NCBI GenBank assembly: GCA_963665115.1
Contig: OY762007.1
Coordinates: forward strand, 1,056,001 to 1,120,000
From: an uncultured Rivularia sp.
Lineage (GTDB): Bacteria; Cyanobacteriota; Cyanobacteriia; Cyanobacteriales; Nostocaceae
Direction: 5' to 3'
DNA length: 64,000 nucleotides
Shown here: in pieces, positions 1 through 9,396 of the stretch
Numbering within the stretch: the first letter of the stretch is position 1
How the letters are laid out: every line of letters starts with the position of its first letter
The notes under the pieces: generated by a model
The model's database searches: none
What the model saw: only the letters and a program-made list of their open reading frames with translations
What the model was told of the DNA's origin: nothing
Position numbers and translations under genes: made by a program

Positions 1-8
1 TTCAAATT

Positions 9-668
9 ATGACTTTAACTTCTAAAAAATATGAATATTCTTACCAACATAGTAACCTTGGACACCATCACGCTTATTTAACAAAGCCTCTTATGAAAAT
101 GATAAAAGAAACCATCCATCAATATCCACAAGAACAATCAAAACCTCGTATTTTAGATATTGGTTGTGGTAATGGGAGTTTCACTCATTTCATTGCACAA
201 CAAGGCTATGAAGTAGTTGGTGTAGAAGAATCTGATTCAGGAATCAAATTAGCTCGCAATAATTTTACTAATTGTCAATTTCTTCAAGGAAGTATTTATA
301 ATCTACCTGAGACAAAATTAATAGATAAGTTCGATATTGTTATTTCTCTAGAAGTAATTGAACACTTATTTTATCCTAAAGAATTGGTACGAGCAGCTAA
401 AAAAGTTCTCAAACCAAATGGACGTTTAATTGTTACAACGCCTTATCATGGCTATTTGAAAAATCTTGCCCTTGCGCTTTCAGGTAAAATGGATGCTCAC
501 TTTCATGCACTTTGGGATGGCGGACATATAAAATTCTTTTCCGTTAAAACTTTAACCACTTTACTCGAATCAGAAAACTATACAGATATACATTTTGAAT
601 TTGCAGGTAGATATCCCTATCTATGGAAAGCAATGTTGTGTTCTAGTACATTAACTCAGTCCGAATAA
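9..668 (+). CDS. Class I SAM-dependent methyltransferase (UbiG/Methyltransf_11-like)
   Basis: ILDIGCGNG motif I, FDIVISLEVIEH, LKPNGRLIV. Confidence 0.9.
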   Translation: MTLTSKKYEYSYQHSNLGHHHAYLTKPLMKMIKETIHQYPQEQSKPRILDIGCGNGSFTHFIAQQGYEVVGVEESDSGIKLARNNFTNCQFLQGSIYNLPETKLIDKFDIVISLEVIEHLFYPKELVRAAKKVLKPNGRLIVTTPYHGYLKNLALALSGKMDAHFHALWDGGHIKFFSVKTLTTLLESENYTDIHFEFAGRYPYLWKAMLCSSTLTQSE

Positions 669-688
669 ACCTAATTAATTTTTCTAAA

Positions 689-1480
689 ATGCTAGAAAAA
701 ATTACTCCACTCATTCTCACGTACAACGAAGCTCCTAATATCGAACGTACCCTTCAACATCTTACCTGGGCAAAGACAATTGTTGTAATTGATAGTTACA
801 GCACAGATAATACATTAGACATTGTAAAATCTTACCCCCAAGTTCAAATTTTTCAAAGAAAGTTTGATTCCTTTGCAGATCAGTGTAATTATGGATTAGG
901 AAAAATAGCATCTGAATGGGTACTATCACTAGATGCTGATTATGTTTTAACAGATGAGCTAATTAGTGAAATAAAAAGTTTGCAAAGGGCACTTAAAGTA
1001 AATAGTTATAGTGTTAGATTTAAGTATTGTGTTTTTGGAAAACCTTTACACAGTACTTTACTTCCACCTCGAAAAGTACTCTACAAAAGGGAAAAAGCAA
1101 CTTATGAAAATGATGGTCATGCACATCGAGTTAATGTAGAGGGAGAATCGGCAGTACTCTCTTCTTACATCCATCATGACGATCGCAAACCTTTAAGTCG
1201 ATGGTTATCGGCGCAAGACTATTACATGAGAATTGAAGTCAAAAAACTTACCTATTCCAATAAACACGAATTAAGCCTAAGTGATAAAATCCGCAAATAT
1301 AAAATTTTCGCTCCTTTAATTATATTTTTTTATTGTTTAATCATTAAAGGCGGTATTCTTGATGGTTGGCATGGTTGGTACTATGCTTTTCAACGAATGC
1401 TTGCGGAAATTCTTTTATCTATTCGTTTAATCGAATTTGAAAAACTACCAAAACAAGAACTTACTGAAAGTAACGCATAA
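689..1480 (+). CDS. Family 2 glycosyltransferase (beta-1,4-glucosyltransferase-like)
   Basis: ILTYNEA, VIDSYSTDNT, WVLSLDADY (DxD), GGILDGWHG C-terminal motif. Confidence 0.9.
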   Translation: MLEKITPLILTYNEAPNIERTLQHLTWAKTIVVIDSYSTDNTLDIVKSYPQVQIFQRKFDSFADQCNYGLGKIASEWVLSLDADYVLTDELISEIKSLQRALKVNSYSVRFKYCVFGKPLHSTLLPPRKVLYKREKATYENDGHAHRVNVEGESAVLSSYIHHDDRKPLSRWLSAQDYYMRIEVKKLTYSNKHELSLSDKIRKYKIFAPLIIFFYCLIIKGGILDGWHGWYYAFQRMLAEILLSIRLIEFEKLPKQELTESNA

Positions 1481-1584
1481 TGTTTTAGCGATAGCAATTA
1501 ATGCCGTAAGCGATATATTAAATATATCATCAAAAATATATGTACTAATTCCGAATTAAAATTTTGCTCTCAAAAACCCAATTA

Positions 1585-2187
1585 ATGAAATGGCTTTATG
1601 ATTTCATCTTTAAATACCGATTTATCGCCCTAATAGCATTTCTCCTGATTCTGCTAGGAACAATCCCCATCAAGTTAACCATTGCATCATACCAAGCACC
1701 CAAACCCCAAGCAATTCTTATCCTTGGCGGTGGAAACGAAAGAGAAAAATTTACCGCTCAATTTGCTCAAAATCATCCGTCTCTTGATATTTGGGTTTCC
1801 AGCGGTATTTCCTGCAAACAAGCAAACAAGATTTTCGGTGAAGCTCGAATTCCTAAATCAAGGATTAATCTTGACTACCGCGCTGTAGATACAGTCACTA
1901 ATTTTACTTCTTTAGTCGAAGACTTTGAAAAACTTAATCTCAAACATTTATATATAGTAACTTCTGATTTTCATCTACCCAGAGCAAAGGCGATCGCCAC
2001 AATTGTTCTTGGCAGTCACGGAATAACATTCACTCCCGTTTCTGTTCCTTCGCAACAACCAAAAGAATCATTTCTACATATTTCTCGCGATATATTTCGT
2101 TCTATATTTTGGATTATTACAGGCCGTAGCGGTGCAAGTCTTAATCCCAATCTTCCCTCACTTGATAGCAGAAGATGCGATGACTGA
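1585..2187 (+). CDS. YdcF/DUF218 family protein
   Basis: N-terminal TM, ILILGGG, DTVTN, IVTSDFHLPRA; ATG at 1585 preferred over the 1564 TTG. Confidence 0.85.
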   Translation: MKWLYDFIFKYRFIALIAFLLILLGTIPIKLTIASYQAPKPQAILILGGGNEREKFTAQFAQNHPSLDIWVSSGISCKQANKIFGEARIPKSRINLDYRAVDTVTNFTSLVEDFEKLNLKHLYIVTSDFHLPRAKAIATIVLGSHGITFTPVSVPSQQPKESFLHISRDIFRSIFWIITGRSGASLNPNLPSLDSRRCDD

Positions 2188-2476
2188 CTCTTCAGGCTTT
2201 TGGGTCACTTTCGGGCAACAACTGGAGTAAAAATGCCAATGCATTTATGCATAATTTATGTTTGGAAATGAAAAGCCTAAAAACTATATATAGTATTATG
2301 TTGATTTAAAATCTGTGTAATTTCATAGCTGGCGATACAAAAAATAATCGCACATATAAGACTTAAACACGGGATCATAATTCGCGTATTTATTTCTATA
2401 CTACTTCATTCTACCTTCCCAAAATTTTTGAAATAGTTGCAGCCATTTACTTTCAGCTTATTTTAGTGCCATTCGA

Positions 2477-5191
2477 TTACAGCCAATTACCAACTAAAAC
2501 AAAAGCCGCCCAATAGTAAGGATGCTGAAACTTAGATTGTTGCAGAATTTTTATTTGAGCTTGACGTAAAGCTTCAGCTTTAGTAATTCCAGACTGATTT
2601 AATTGCTCGTACAAATTTACCATCATCTGGGAAGTTGATTCGTCATCCACAGCCCATAAACTCGCTATAGTACTGCGTGCGCCGGAGCGCACGGCTACAC
2701 CAGCTAATCCCAAAGGAGCGCGTTTGTCGCCGCTAGCTGTTTTACAAGCGCTGAGAACTAATAATTCGATGGGATTATTGCTAAGTTGTTCTCTGCTGTG
2801 GAGAATATCGCCTAACTCTTTCACGTCTAAACGGTTATCCCAAGTAAGCACAAATGTGTCTTCTGCTTTAGAACTAAATTCACCGTGGGTTGCTAAATGT
2901 ACTACGGGGAAAGGTGTTTTATTAATTTGTTTTTGCAAAGCTTCGCTGGTAAAGTTTTGATTGAAAAGTACCTGAGTGGGAATTTCGTTATTAATTTGAT
3001 CGATTTCGGTTTTTACTCCAGGTAACGCCACAAAACCCTGCCTTCCTTCGCTTAAAGCACCAACTAAAACTTTCATTTTCTGACTTTCCAAAGGTTGAGG
3101 TGATAGCAATTGCATTCCTGGAGCTAAAGCAAGATTATATTTTTCTAATAAATACTGCTTTCCATCATATAAGGCTGCTACGGGCACATTTTTTAATGAA
3201 CCATCTAAAACAAATGCCAAAGTTTTAATTTCCGACGCTGCCAAATCTGCTTCTAATGGTTTAACAAGTAGATTATAAATTTCTTGACAGATAGCAAAAT
3301 GTTGTTTTTTTAGATATTTACGTCTGATGGCACGGCGCATTGTCTGAACCTTTTTTTCCAGTTCGTTTTGAGAAATAGCCGTAGTATAGTGTCTTAGAGG
3401 TTGATTTGGTAAGGAAAGAATAGTTTCTAAACGATTATCTAAAATAATTGGATAAATAACTGCTGCTTGAGTATCAATTTCATCAATTTGAGTAGGATTC
3501 GCTTTCAAACATGGCTCGTTAAAGAAATTATTTAATTCTGCTAGCTGTAGAGATTCAATCACTTTGCGAGCTTTATTAAGTCTTTCTTGACTTTCTTCTT
3601 TTATTTCTGGAGTTAACAATAAACTGACAAACTCTCGATAAACGGGTTCTACGCTTTCACGAAACGAAAACTGAATATCAACATTGCTAGCAACTAACTC
3701 ATTGCGAATAGAATCAAGAGTTTTAACAGCACTTTCATATGCTGAAATTGCTTCTACAAAGTTATTCTGCTGTTTTAATAATCTTCCTAGCTGCCATTCC
3801 CAACGATAAGCAACATCGGGAGCATTACTTGTTTGTGCGAGCATTAATGCTTTTCTGGTTAAGGTTTTTGCTGATTTTAATTGTTGGGTTTGTTCGTAAA
3901 TATGTCCTAAGTAACCAAGAGCGTAAGATTGCGCTCTATCATCTCCTATACTTTCGGCTTGTTGAACTGCTTTTGCAATATTACTTGCCATCTTATTTGC
4001 AGTTTCTTGTTTATTGAGTGTATCCTTACTGTTTAATTTGTCGATGCTTTGTACGTAGTTAACTAATGCATATACTGATGTTCTACTAGGTACTAATCTC
4101 TGCAATTGAGGCTGTATTTGCGCTGCTAAGACTTTAGCTTCCGATAGTTTTTGACTATCTACTAAAAGACGCAGTTTATTCAACTCTGCTTGAAGTTTTA
4201 TCGCTAAAGATTTTGATTTTTCAATTGCTCGATTGTAATATTTTAAAGCTTCCTGAGTTTTTTTTTCAAAACGAGAAGTATTACCCAAAGCTAAAAGAAT
4301 TGTGCTGATATTAGTGTTGGAATTAAGTTTTTGAGCTATAGCTAAGCTTTGCTGTAGGGTTTTCTTGGAATCGCGAAGATTTCCTGTCAGCCTTAAAGTA
4401 TCTCCTTTCTGGAGTAAACTAACAATCTTTAAGGGAGAATCTGGTTGATTCTCTAAAGTTTGATTAACCTCATTTAAAGTATTTAATGCACGATTATGCA
4501 TTCCCAATCGACTGTAAGCTTGAGTTTGATTGAGCAAACAGCGAGTTAATCCGTTTTTATCTCCAGCTTTTTCGTATATTTTCACCGCACGCTGCCAAAC
4601 AATTAATGCATCTTCAGTTTTACCTTCAGACAATAGTAAACTTCCTTGAATATTTAGCGTAGCAGCGAAAAGACTTGGATTATCTTTTGGAAGAGAGGAT
4701 AAAAGCTCAATACTTTTGGCGATCGCCTTTTTTGCTTCGGTGATTTTTCCTAATTTTTGATATGCTTGTGCCAAGTTACCCAGCACCATCGCTTGATTTA
4801 CTGTATCGCCTTGAGAAATCAGAATTTGTAGCGCCTGCTGCCACTGTATAATTGCTTCAGTAAACTGTTGATTTTGATAGTTTTGTTTACCGGCTTGTGT
4901 CAATGAGGCTGGAGAATCAACATTTTTTTTTGTCTGTAAATCTACTGTATTTGATCCTGGTATTGTTTCTAAAGACTTGGCGTATTTCTGTACGTATTCA
5001 TATTGTGGAGTTGATGCAGCGGCACTCGATATAAATAGACTCAAGTCGAAATTTTTATTGAATATAGTAATAGTAAATAATAAAGTTAATAACCCCAAAA
5101 AAATATTATATTTAGTTTTATTTTTTAGATGTACTGTAAACTTTAAGTTCAAATCTAGAATAAAATTTTTCCAATCGTTTTTCACATTCAT
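2477..5191 (-). CDS. TPR-repeat plus CHAT (caspase-HetF) domain protein
   Basis: Helical TPR-like repeats, VVHLATHGEF and LLVLSACKTA (His/Cys dyad), C-terminal HPYYWAAFVLVGNW, N-terminal hydrophobic segment. Confidence 0.93.
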   Translation of the reverse strand: MNVKNDWKNFILDLNLKFTVHLKNKTKYNIFLGLLTLLFTITIFNKNFDLSLFISSAAASTPQYEYVQKYAKSLETIPGSNTVDLQTKKNVDSPASLTQAGKQNYQNQQFTEAIIQWQQALQILISQGDTVNQAMVLGNLAQAYQKLGKITEAKKAIAKSIELLSSLPKDNPSLFAATLNIQGSLLLSEGKTEDALIVWQRAVKIYEKAGDKNGLTRCLLNQTQAYSRLGMHNRALNTLNEVNQTLENQPDSPLKIVSLLQKGDTLRLTGNLRDSKKTLQQSLAIAQKLNSNTNISTILLALGNTSRFEKKTQEALKYYNRAIEKSKSLAIKLQAELNKLRLLVDSQKLSEAKVLAAQIQPQLQRLVPSRTSVYALVNYVQSIDKLNSKDTLNKQETANKMASNIAKAVQQAESIGDDRAQSYALGYLGHIYEQTQQLKSAKTLTRKALMLAQTSNAPDVAYRWEWQLGRLLKQQNNFVEAISAYESAVKTLDSIRNELVASNVDIQFSFRESVEPVYREFVSLLLTPEIKEESQERLNKARKVIESLQLAELNNFFNEPCLKANPTQIDEIDTQAAVIYPIILDNRLETILSLPNQPLRHYTTAISQNELEKKVQTMRRAIRRKYLKKQHFAICQEIYNLLVKPLEADLAASEIKTLAFVLDGSLKNVPVAALYDGKQYLLEKYNLALAPGMQLLSPQPLESQKMKVLVGALSEGRQGFVALPGVKTEIDQINNEIPTQVLFNQNFTSEALQKQINKTPFPVVHLATHGEFSSKAEDTFVLTWDNRLDVKELGDILHSREQLSNNPIELLVLSACKTASGDKRAPLGLAGVAVRSGARSTIASLWAVDDESTSQMMVNLYEQLNQSGITKAEALRQAQIKILQQSKFQHPYYWAAFVLVGNWL

Positions 5192-5358
5192 TTTAAACTT
5201 TCAATAATTTTTTATTCAATATATATTGGAACAAATTATCTTATCTATCAAGGCTTTAAAAATATAAGTATAAATAGAATAACTGCATAACACAGCTTAT
5301 TTAATGCAAATAATAAAGTTTCAATACACCCTTGATTCGGATGAGAATATTCCTGTTG

Positions 5359-6177
5359 CTAAAACACAGTTGCATTTATTGGCTTAAAATTTTTGTCAAA
5401 AAACGCTGATAATGAAAAATCAAATTCTTGACCTCTTTCTATAAAACCACAAAAGCCATCTTTTTTGGCATCGGGAAGTTTATTTGGTTGATAGTGGTAA
5501 AGCCACATTTTATTTTTTATAGATAATGGCAAAGTTAATAATTCCTGGTAATGAGCATGAACCCCGCTAGGAAATTTCGCAGTTTCACAATCTTGAAAAA
5601 TAATATCTGCTTCCTGGTAGAATTTATCTAAAACATTTAAACGCATTTGTGTATCTGTAGTTAAAAATATTTTGATGCCATTGATTTCAAAAAATAAACC
5701 GTAGCTAGGCATAATAACATGGTGAGAATCTACATGAATAACTTTAATTAAGTTAATTTTAATATTGTCCCAAATAAAATTTCTATTCTGATCTATTTTT
5801 ACTTCTTCAAAAAAAGTGTCTAAAGTCGCTACTTCATTTTCTATATATCTCATTCCTCCGGATAATGAATGAATCCAAAGGTTTTTAGCTAGTTCAGTAT
5901 CTAAATAAAGCTTTGGTTTCTCGCATCTTGGATCAAATTTGGTGCTGAAGCCAATAAATTCAAGTCCACCAACATGATCTGCATGAATATGACTAATATA
6001 AATATCGGTGATATCAAGATGAGAAAATCCTGTTCTGTACAAAGAATATCTGATATCTGAACCACAATCTATCAATAATTTTTTTCCAGTATCACTTACT
6101 AAAAGCATATTTGATTGATAGTTATCCGTGCCAAAAGTAAAAGCACAGCCAGAACCTAAAAACAGTAATTTTGTCAT
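5359..6177 (-). CDS. MBL-fold metallo-hydrolase (RNase Z / phosphodiesterase-like)
   Basis: LFLGSG, LIDCGS, SHIHADHVGG (HxHxDH). Confidence 0.88.
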   Translation of the reverse strand: MTKLLFLGSGCAFTFGTDNYQSNMLLVSDTGKKLLIDCGSDIRYSLYRTGFSHLDITDIYISHIHADHVGGLEFIGFSTKFDPRCEKPKLYLDTELAKNLWIHSLSGGMRYIENEVATLDTFFEEVKIDQNRNFIWDNIKINLIKVIHVDSHHVIMPSYGLFFEINGIKIFLTTDTQMRLNVLDKFYQEADIIFQDCETAKFPSGVHAHYQELLTLPLSIKNKMWLYHYQPNKLPDAKKDGFCGFIERGQEFDFSLSAFFDKNFKPINATVF

Positions 6178-6275
6178 CAGTTTGAATCAATGTTTTAAAT
6201 CTTTTTGCTAATTCGTTAGAGTCTCTGTCTTTAAGTTTTCATTTTTTTTCATTAATCTAAATCTCAATTCCTAAC

Positions 6276-6301
6276 TCTCTCGACGTAAATATCGAGAGAG
6301 C
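6276..6301 (-). terminator. Hairpin downstream of the DUF928 gene
   Basis: CTCTCTCGA...TCGAGAGAG inverted repeat. Confidence 0.45.
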
Positions 6302-6370
6302 AATGGAATAAACTGGTATTTAAAATATTATGCACCCAAGTGCAAACCAAAGACGGTTTACATATTTTTC

Positions 6371-7132
6371 CTAACTTTCAACTTTACAAACGTGATTCAT
6401 CGATTCCGAGACTACCTGGTTTAAACCCACAGAAGTTAACAATTGATTCCAATAAAACATCGTAGTAGAGTCATTAGGATCGATACAGCGTTGTTGAGCT
6501 ACATTATTGATAGCTTCGTGCCAAATACCAGCATCAGCATAAACCTTAGAACGATGTTTTGGTTCTAATTTATTTAACTTCATTCGCACAGCTAAACTCG
6601 GTTTTGTTCGTTCTACCCAGCCTTCAACAGTTACAGTCTCATCCGTTTGAGAACTGCAATTTACTTCCAGGAACCAATGATATTGCTTATTCACCTTCAA
6701 GCCTGGAACTTCGGCAGGGAGGGTAAATGCAAAAATTCCCGGCTTTTGAGGAAGCCTTAAATCGGTTTCATAAACGACATCTTCGTTATCATCTAATAAC
6801 ATAAATGCAGCTTCACGAACATCAGATTCAGATATATGCCAGTAAAATGTTGGTCGTTCGTTGAAAGTTAGCCCCACTTGTTTTTCAGGTATCAAAGAAA
6901 TTAAACGGTTTTCTTTTTGCGTACAACCACCACGAGTTGCTCCACCAGCTGTTGACTCCGGTGCCCCTTGGCGTTTTCCAGGTTTAAAACTCTGGCTAAT
7001 TAACATCGGGGCTTCCCGCTCAGCCACAAATTGGTTGGAAGAATTTGCTCGCACTGATACCAAAGAAACGGTAGACAGTGCCATAGATATGGGAATCGCT
7101 GCAAGATATAGATTTTTTTTAATCCAATTCAT
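6371..7132 (-). CDS. DUF928 family secreted protein
   Basis: GGATRGGC, PTFYW, YHWFL, GWVER, YADAGIWHEA, WNQLLTSVGL; ATG at 7132 has an AGAGG RBS and is followed by a signal-like segment. Confidence 0.88.
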   Translation of the reverse strand: MNWIKKNLYLAAIPISMALSTVSLVSVRANSSNQFVAEREAPMLISQSFKPGKRQGAPESTAGGATRGGCTQKENRLISLIPEKQVGLTFNERPTFYWHISESDVREAAFMLLDDNEDVVYETDLRLPQKPGIFAFTLPAEVPGLKVNKQYHWFLEVNCSSQTDETVTVEGWVERTKPSLAVRMKLNKLEPKHRSKVYADAGIWHEAINNVAQQRCIDPNDSTTMFYWNQLLTSVGLNQVVSESMNHVCKVES

Positions 7133-7356
7133 TGGCAAACCTCTTCGCTTATTAATATTATTTGCCGAATATATATTCGTGTTATCGTCTTTGCTATCAA
7201 GGTAATATCTCATAAACACTACCAATCATATTTAGTATTCCCACAGGGAAGTTAAAACTCCCAATTTTTGCTTAAATATGTTTTTCGTTAAGGGGAATAG
7301 GGAACAGGGAAAATATTTTTAGTTTTTCAATTACTTCGCTCCCACATAATTACTTT

Positions 7357-7412
7357 TAGTGCGAGCCGGAAAGCTCGCTGGTTGTCACGAGGGAGCGAGA
7401 CGCTCCCACTAC
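7357..7412. repeat. GTAG-type REP-like palindromic element
   Basis: TAGTGCGAGC..GCTCGC and GGGAGCG..CGCTCCCACTAC; related sequences at about 32000-32043, 48233-48364 and 57550-57627. Confidence 0.6.
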
Positions 7413-7457
7413 GAATAATCTACCCCGCAAAACTAATGTGGTGGTGGAATACTGGTG

Positions 7458-7534
7458 GTTGATTGCATAAATTCTGAAGGGTTCGTTTTTCCCGTAACCT
7501 TCGGGAGACGTTATGTATAACGTCTCTACAACCC
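7458..7534. repeat. 77-bp dispersed repeat, copy 1 (contains GAGACGTTATGTATAACGTCTC palindrome)
   Basis: 75/77 identical to 29154-29230. Confidence 0.85.
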
Positions 7535-7557
7535 GTTAAAATTAATGAAAAGGACTA

Positions 7558-8745
7558 CTAGCCATGAAAGCCAATTCTAGATTCGTGCTTTCCTGTTAAA
7601 TCTAGAACAACAGTTACAATGCAGGCGATCGCCACAAGTAAAGACAAAACTAGAGGGGAAATATAGCTACCGCTCACAGCAAGAGCTAAAACAAACGCAC
7701 CTGCACCAAGACGGTAAATACTTAAAATTCTAGCTTTTATATTTTTTTCTAAAATGCAGGTAATCAAATTAGTGAAGGCTAAGGTAATTAAACACAAAGT
7801 TACTGCACCGCAAAAAAGCCAGCGTTCGGATTCAGTTAGAATATTTTCTCCGCTCTTAGATATCATATGTTCAACTCCCACTCCTGTCGCTGCCAAAGCA
7901 ATAGCCAAAACCACATGAGAATAAAGCCAGCACAGAACCATACCAATCCGACCTGTTTTCATATTTTCTAAAACGGAACCACTGACGCTATCGAAGTAAA
8001 GCCACCAAAAGCTAAAAGCTATGCTTAATCCCAAAAGAGCAATTAACGTAGAGGAAAAATTCCATTCTTGTTCTGCTACACCTCTAACTACAGCTACAAT
8101 TGATTCACCTAAAACAATTATGGTAAACAGTCCCAGTCTTTCGGGTACGTGGGATATATCTGGTGGTATCTTAGTTGCTAAATGACCCGTACCTAAAGGA
8201 ATTAGGAAATCTAAAATTAATCCGGCTCCCCAAAGTACAAAACGCCAGGGAATTGGTACAAAAATTGATATCAACCACAATAGGGCACTAACACTAAAGC
8301 CTACAGCATACCAATTAGTTAAAGGACGCGCTTCTTTGATATAATATCCAGCAAAAATAAACTGAAAAATCAGAATACAGCGCACGGCGACATAACTAAG
8401 AGCGAAGTTAGTAGAAGATGTACTAAGCCCGTGATGTACGTTCACCGCTAAGGCTGCAACTATCATCATTTGCAGTAGAGTCAATAGTCTATCTCTGATA
8501 TCGTCAGTATCAAAGAGAGTTGCGTAAAATGTAGCTCCCAACCAGCAAAACCAAATAGGTATAAACAATGCTACGAAACTGATGAATCCCTGCACTGAAA
8601 CATCTTTGCTGAGACTGTGAGACAATTCGGAAATTGCTACAACAAATATTAAATCGTAGAATAACTCCAACCATGTAGCTTTTCTTTCTTCTTCGCTTTC
8701 TTCATTAGTACGTAATCTGGGCGGCTGCCATAAACCTGTTTTCAT
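7558..8745 (-). CDS. ltrA: Low temperature requirement protein A family membrane protein
   Basis: ATWLELFYDLIFV, ERLGLFTIIVLGESI, WWLYF, many TM helices. Confidence 0.9.
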   Translation of the reverse strand: MKTGLWQPPRLRTNEESEEERKATWLELFYDLIFVVAISELSHSLSKDVSVQGFISFVALFIPIWFCWLGATFYATLFDTDDIRDRLLTLLQMMIVAALAVNVHHGLSTSSTNFALSYVAVRCILIFQFIFAGYYIKEARPLTNWYAVGFSVSALLWLISIFVPIPWRFVLWGAGLILDFLIPLGTGHLATKIPPDISHVPERLGLFTIIVLGESIVAVVRGVAEQEWNFSSTLIALLGLSIAFSFWWLYFDSVSGSVLENMKTGRIGMVLCWLYSHVVLAIALAATGVGVEHMISKSGENILTESERWLFCGAVTLCLITLAFTNLITCILEKNIKARILSIYRLGAGAFVLALAVSGSYISPLVLSLLVAIACIVTVVLDLTGKHESRIGFHG

Positions 8746-9325
8746 ATGATGTGGTAATAGGAACTAAACTATTAATTTATTTTTTTGGTATAAAAAAAAT
8801 AATTTTTAACAGGCTTTTCGCGGCTAGAATACTTAATATATCTTAATTGTTTAAGTTAGTTGAAAAAGTTCTGAAAATACAGTGTTTTCAGTAGAAACAA
8901 GACTGAGTTGGAGCTAAACATCTAGGCAGAAGATTGTCAAACAACAATGCGAATGGCATACTTAACTCTGTATTCATTCATACAAATTATTATCTACCCA
9001 AGTGAAGAGTGTCAATATTTATTGCTTATTCATGTCGATATAGTTTGATGCAGTATAGTTCTGACACCAAATCGTTCAAAGTAAAAATTACTATGTGTTT
9101 TTACTGAAGATAATATTAAACGACAATGCTATATTGCTTCAAGTAATTATGATTATTTACGAGTATTCACTTAATAAGCCCTAACACTGTTCTGTATAAA
9201 AACAAGAGAGTTATTCGCAACGGAAATTAATTCTCTCGCTTTAAATTTCTTAAACAATTTTCCCGCGTAGAGTATTTTTTTAGATTTCTACTTTCAGAGA
9301 AAAAATAGTATTGCATTTTTATGAT

Positions 9326-9344
9326 TGATAACTTCTCGTTATCA
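9326..9344. promoter_or_regulatory. 7-5-7 palindrome, candidate operator upstream of the multicopper oxidase
   Basis: TGATAAC-ttctc-GTTATCA, about 50 bp before the ATG. Confidence 0.35.
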
Positions 9345-9396
9345 CAAAATATTTGCTTGATTTCAAATTATTTACGTTACAGGAGAAAATAGCATC

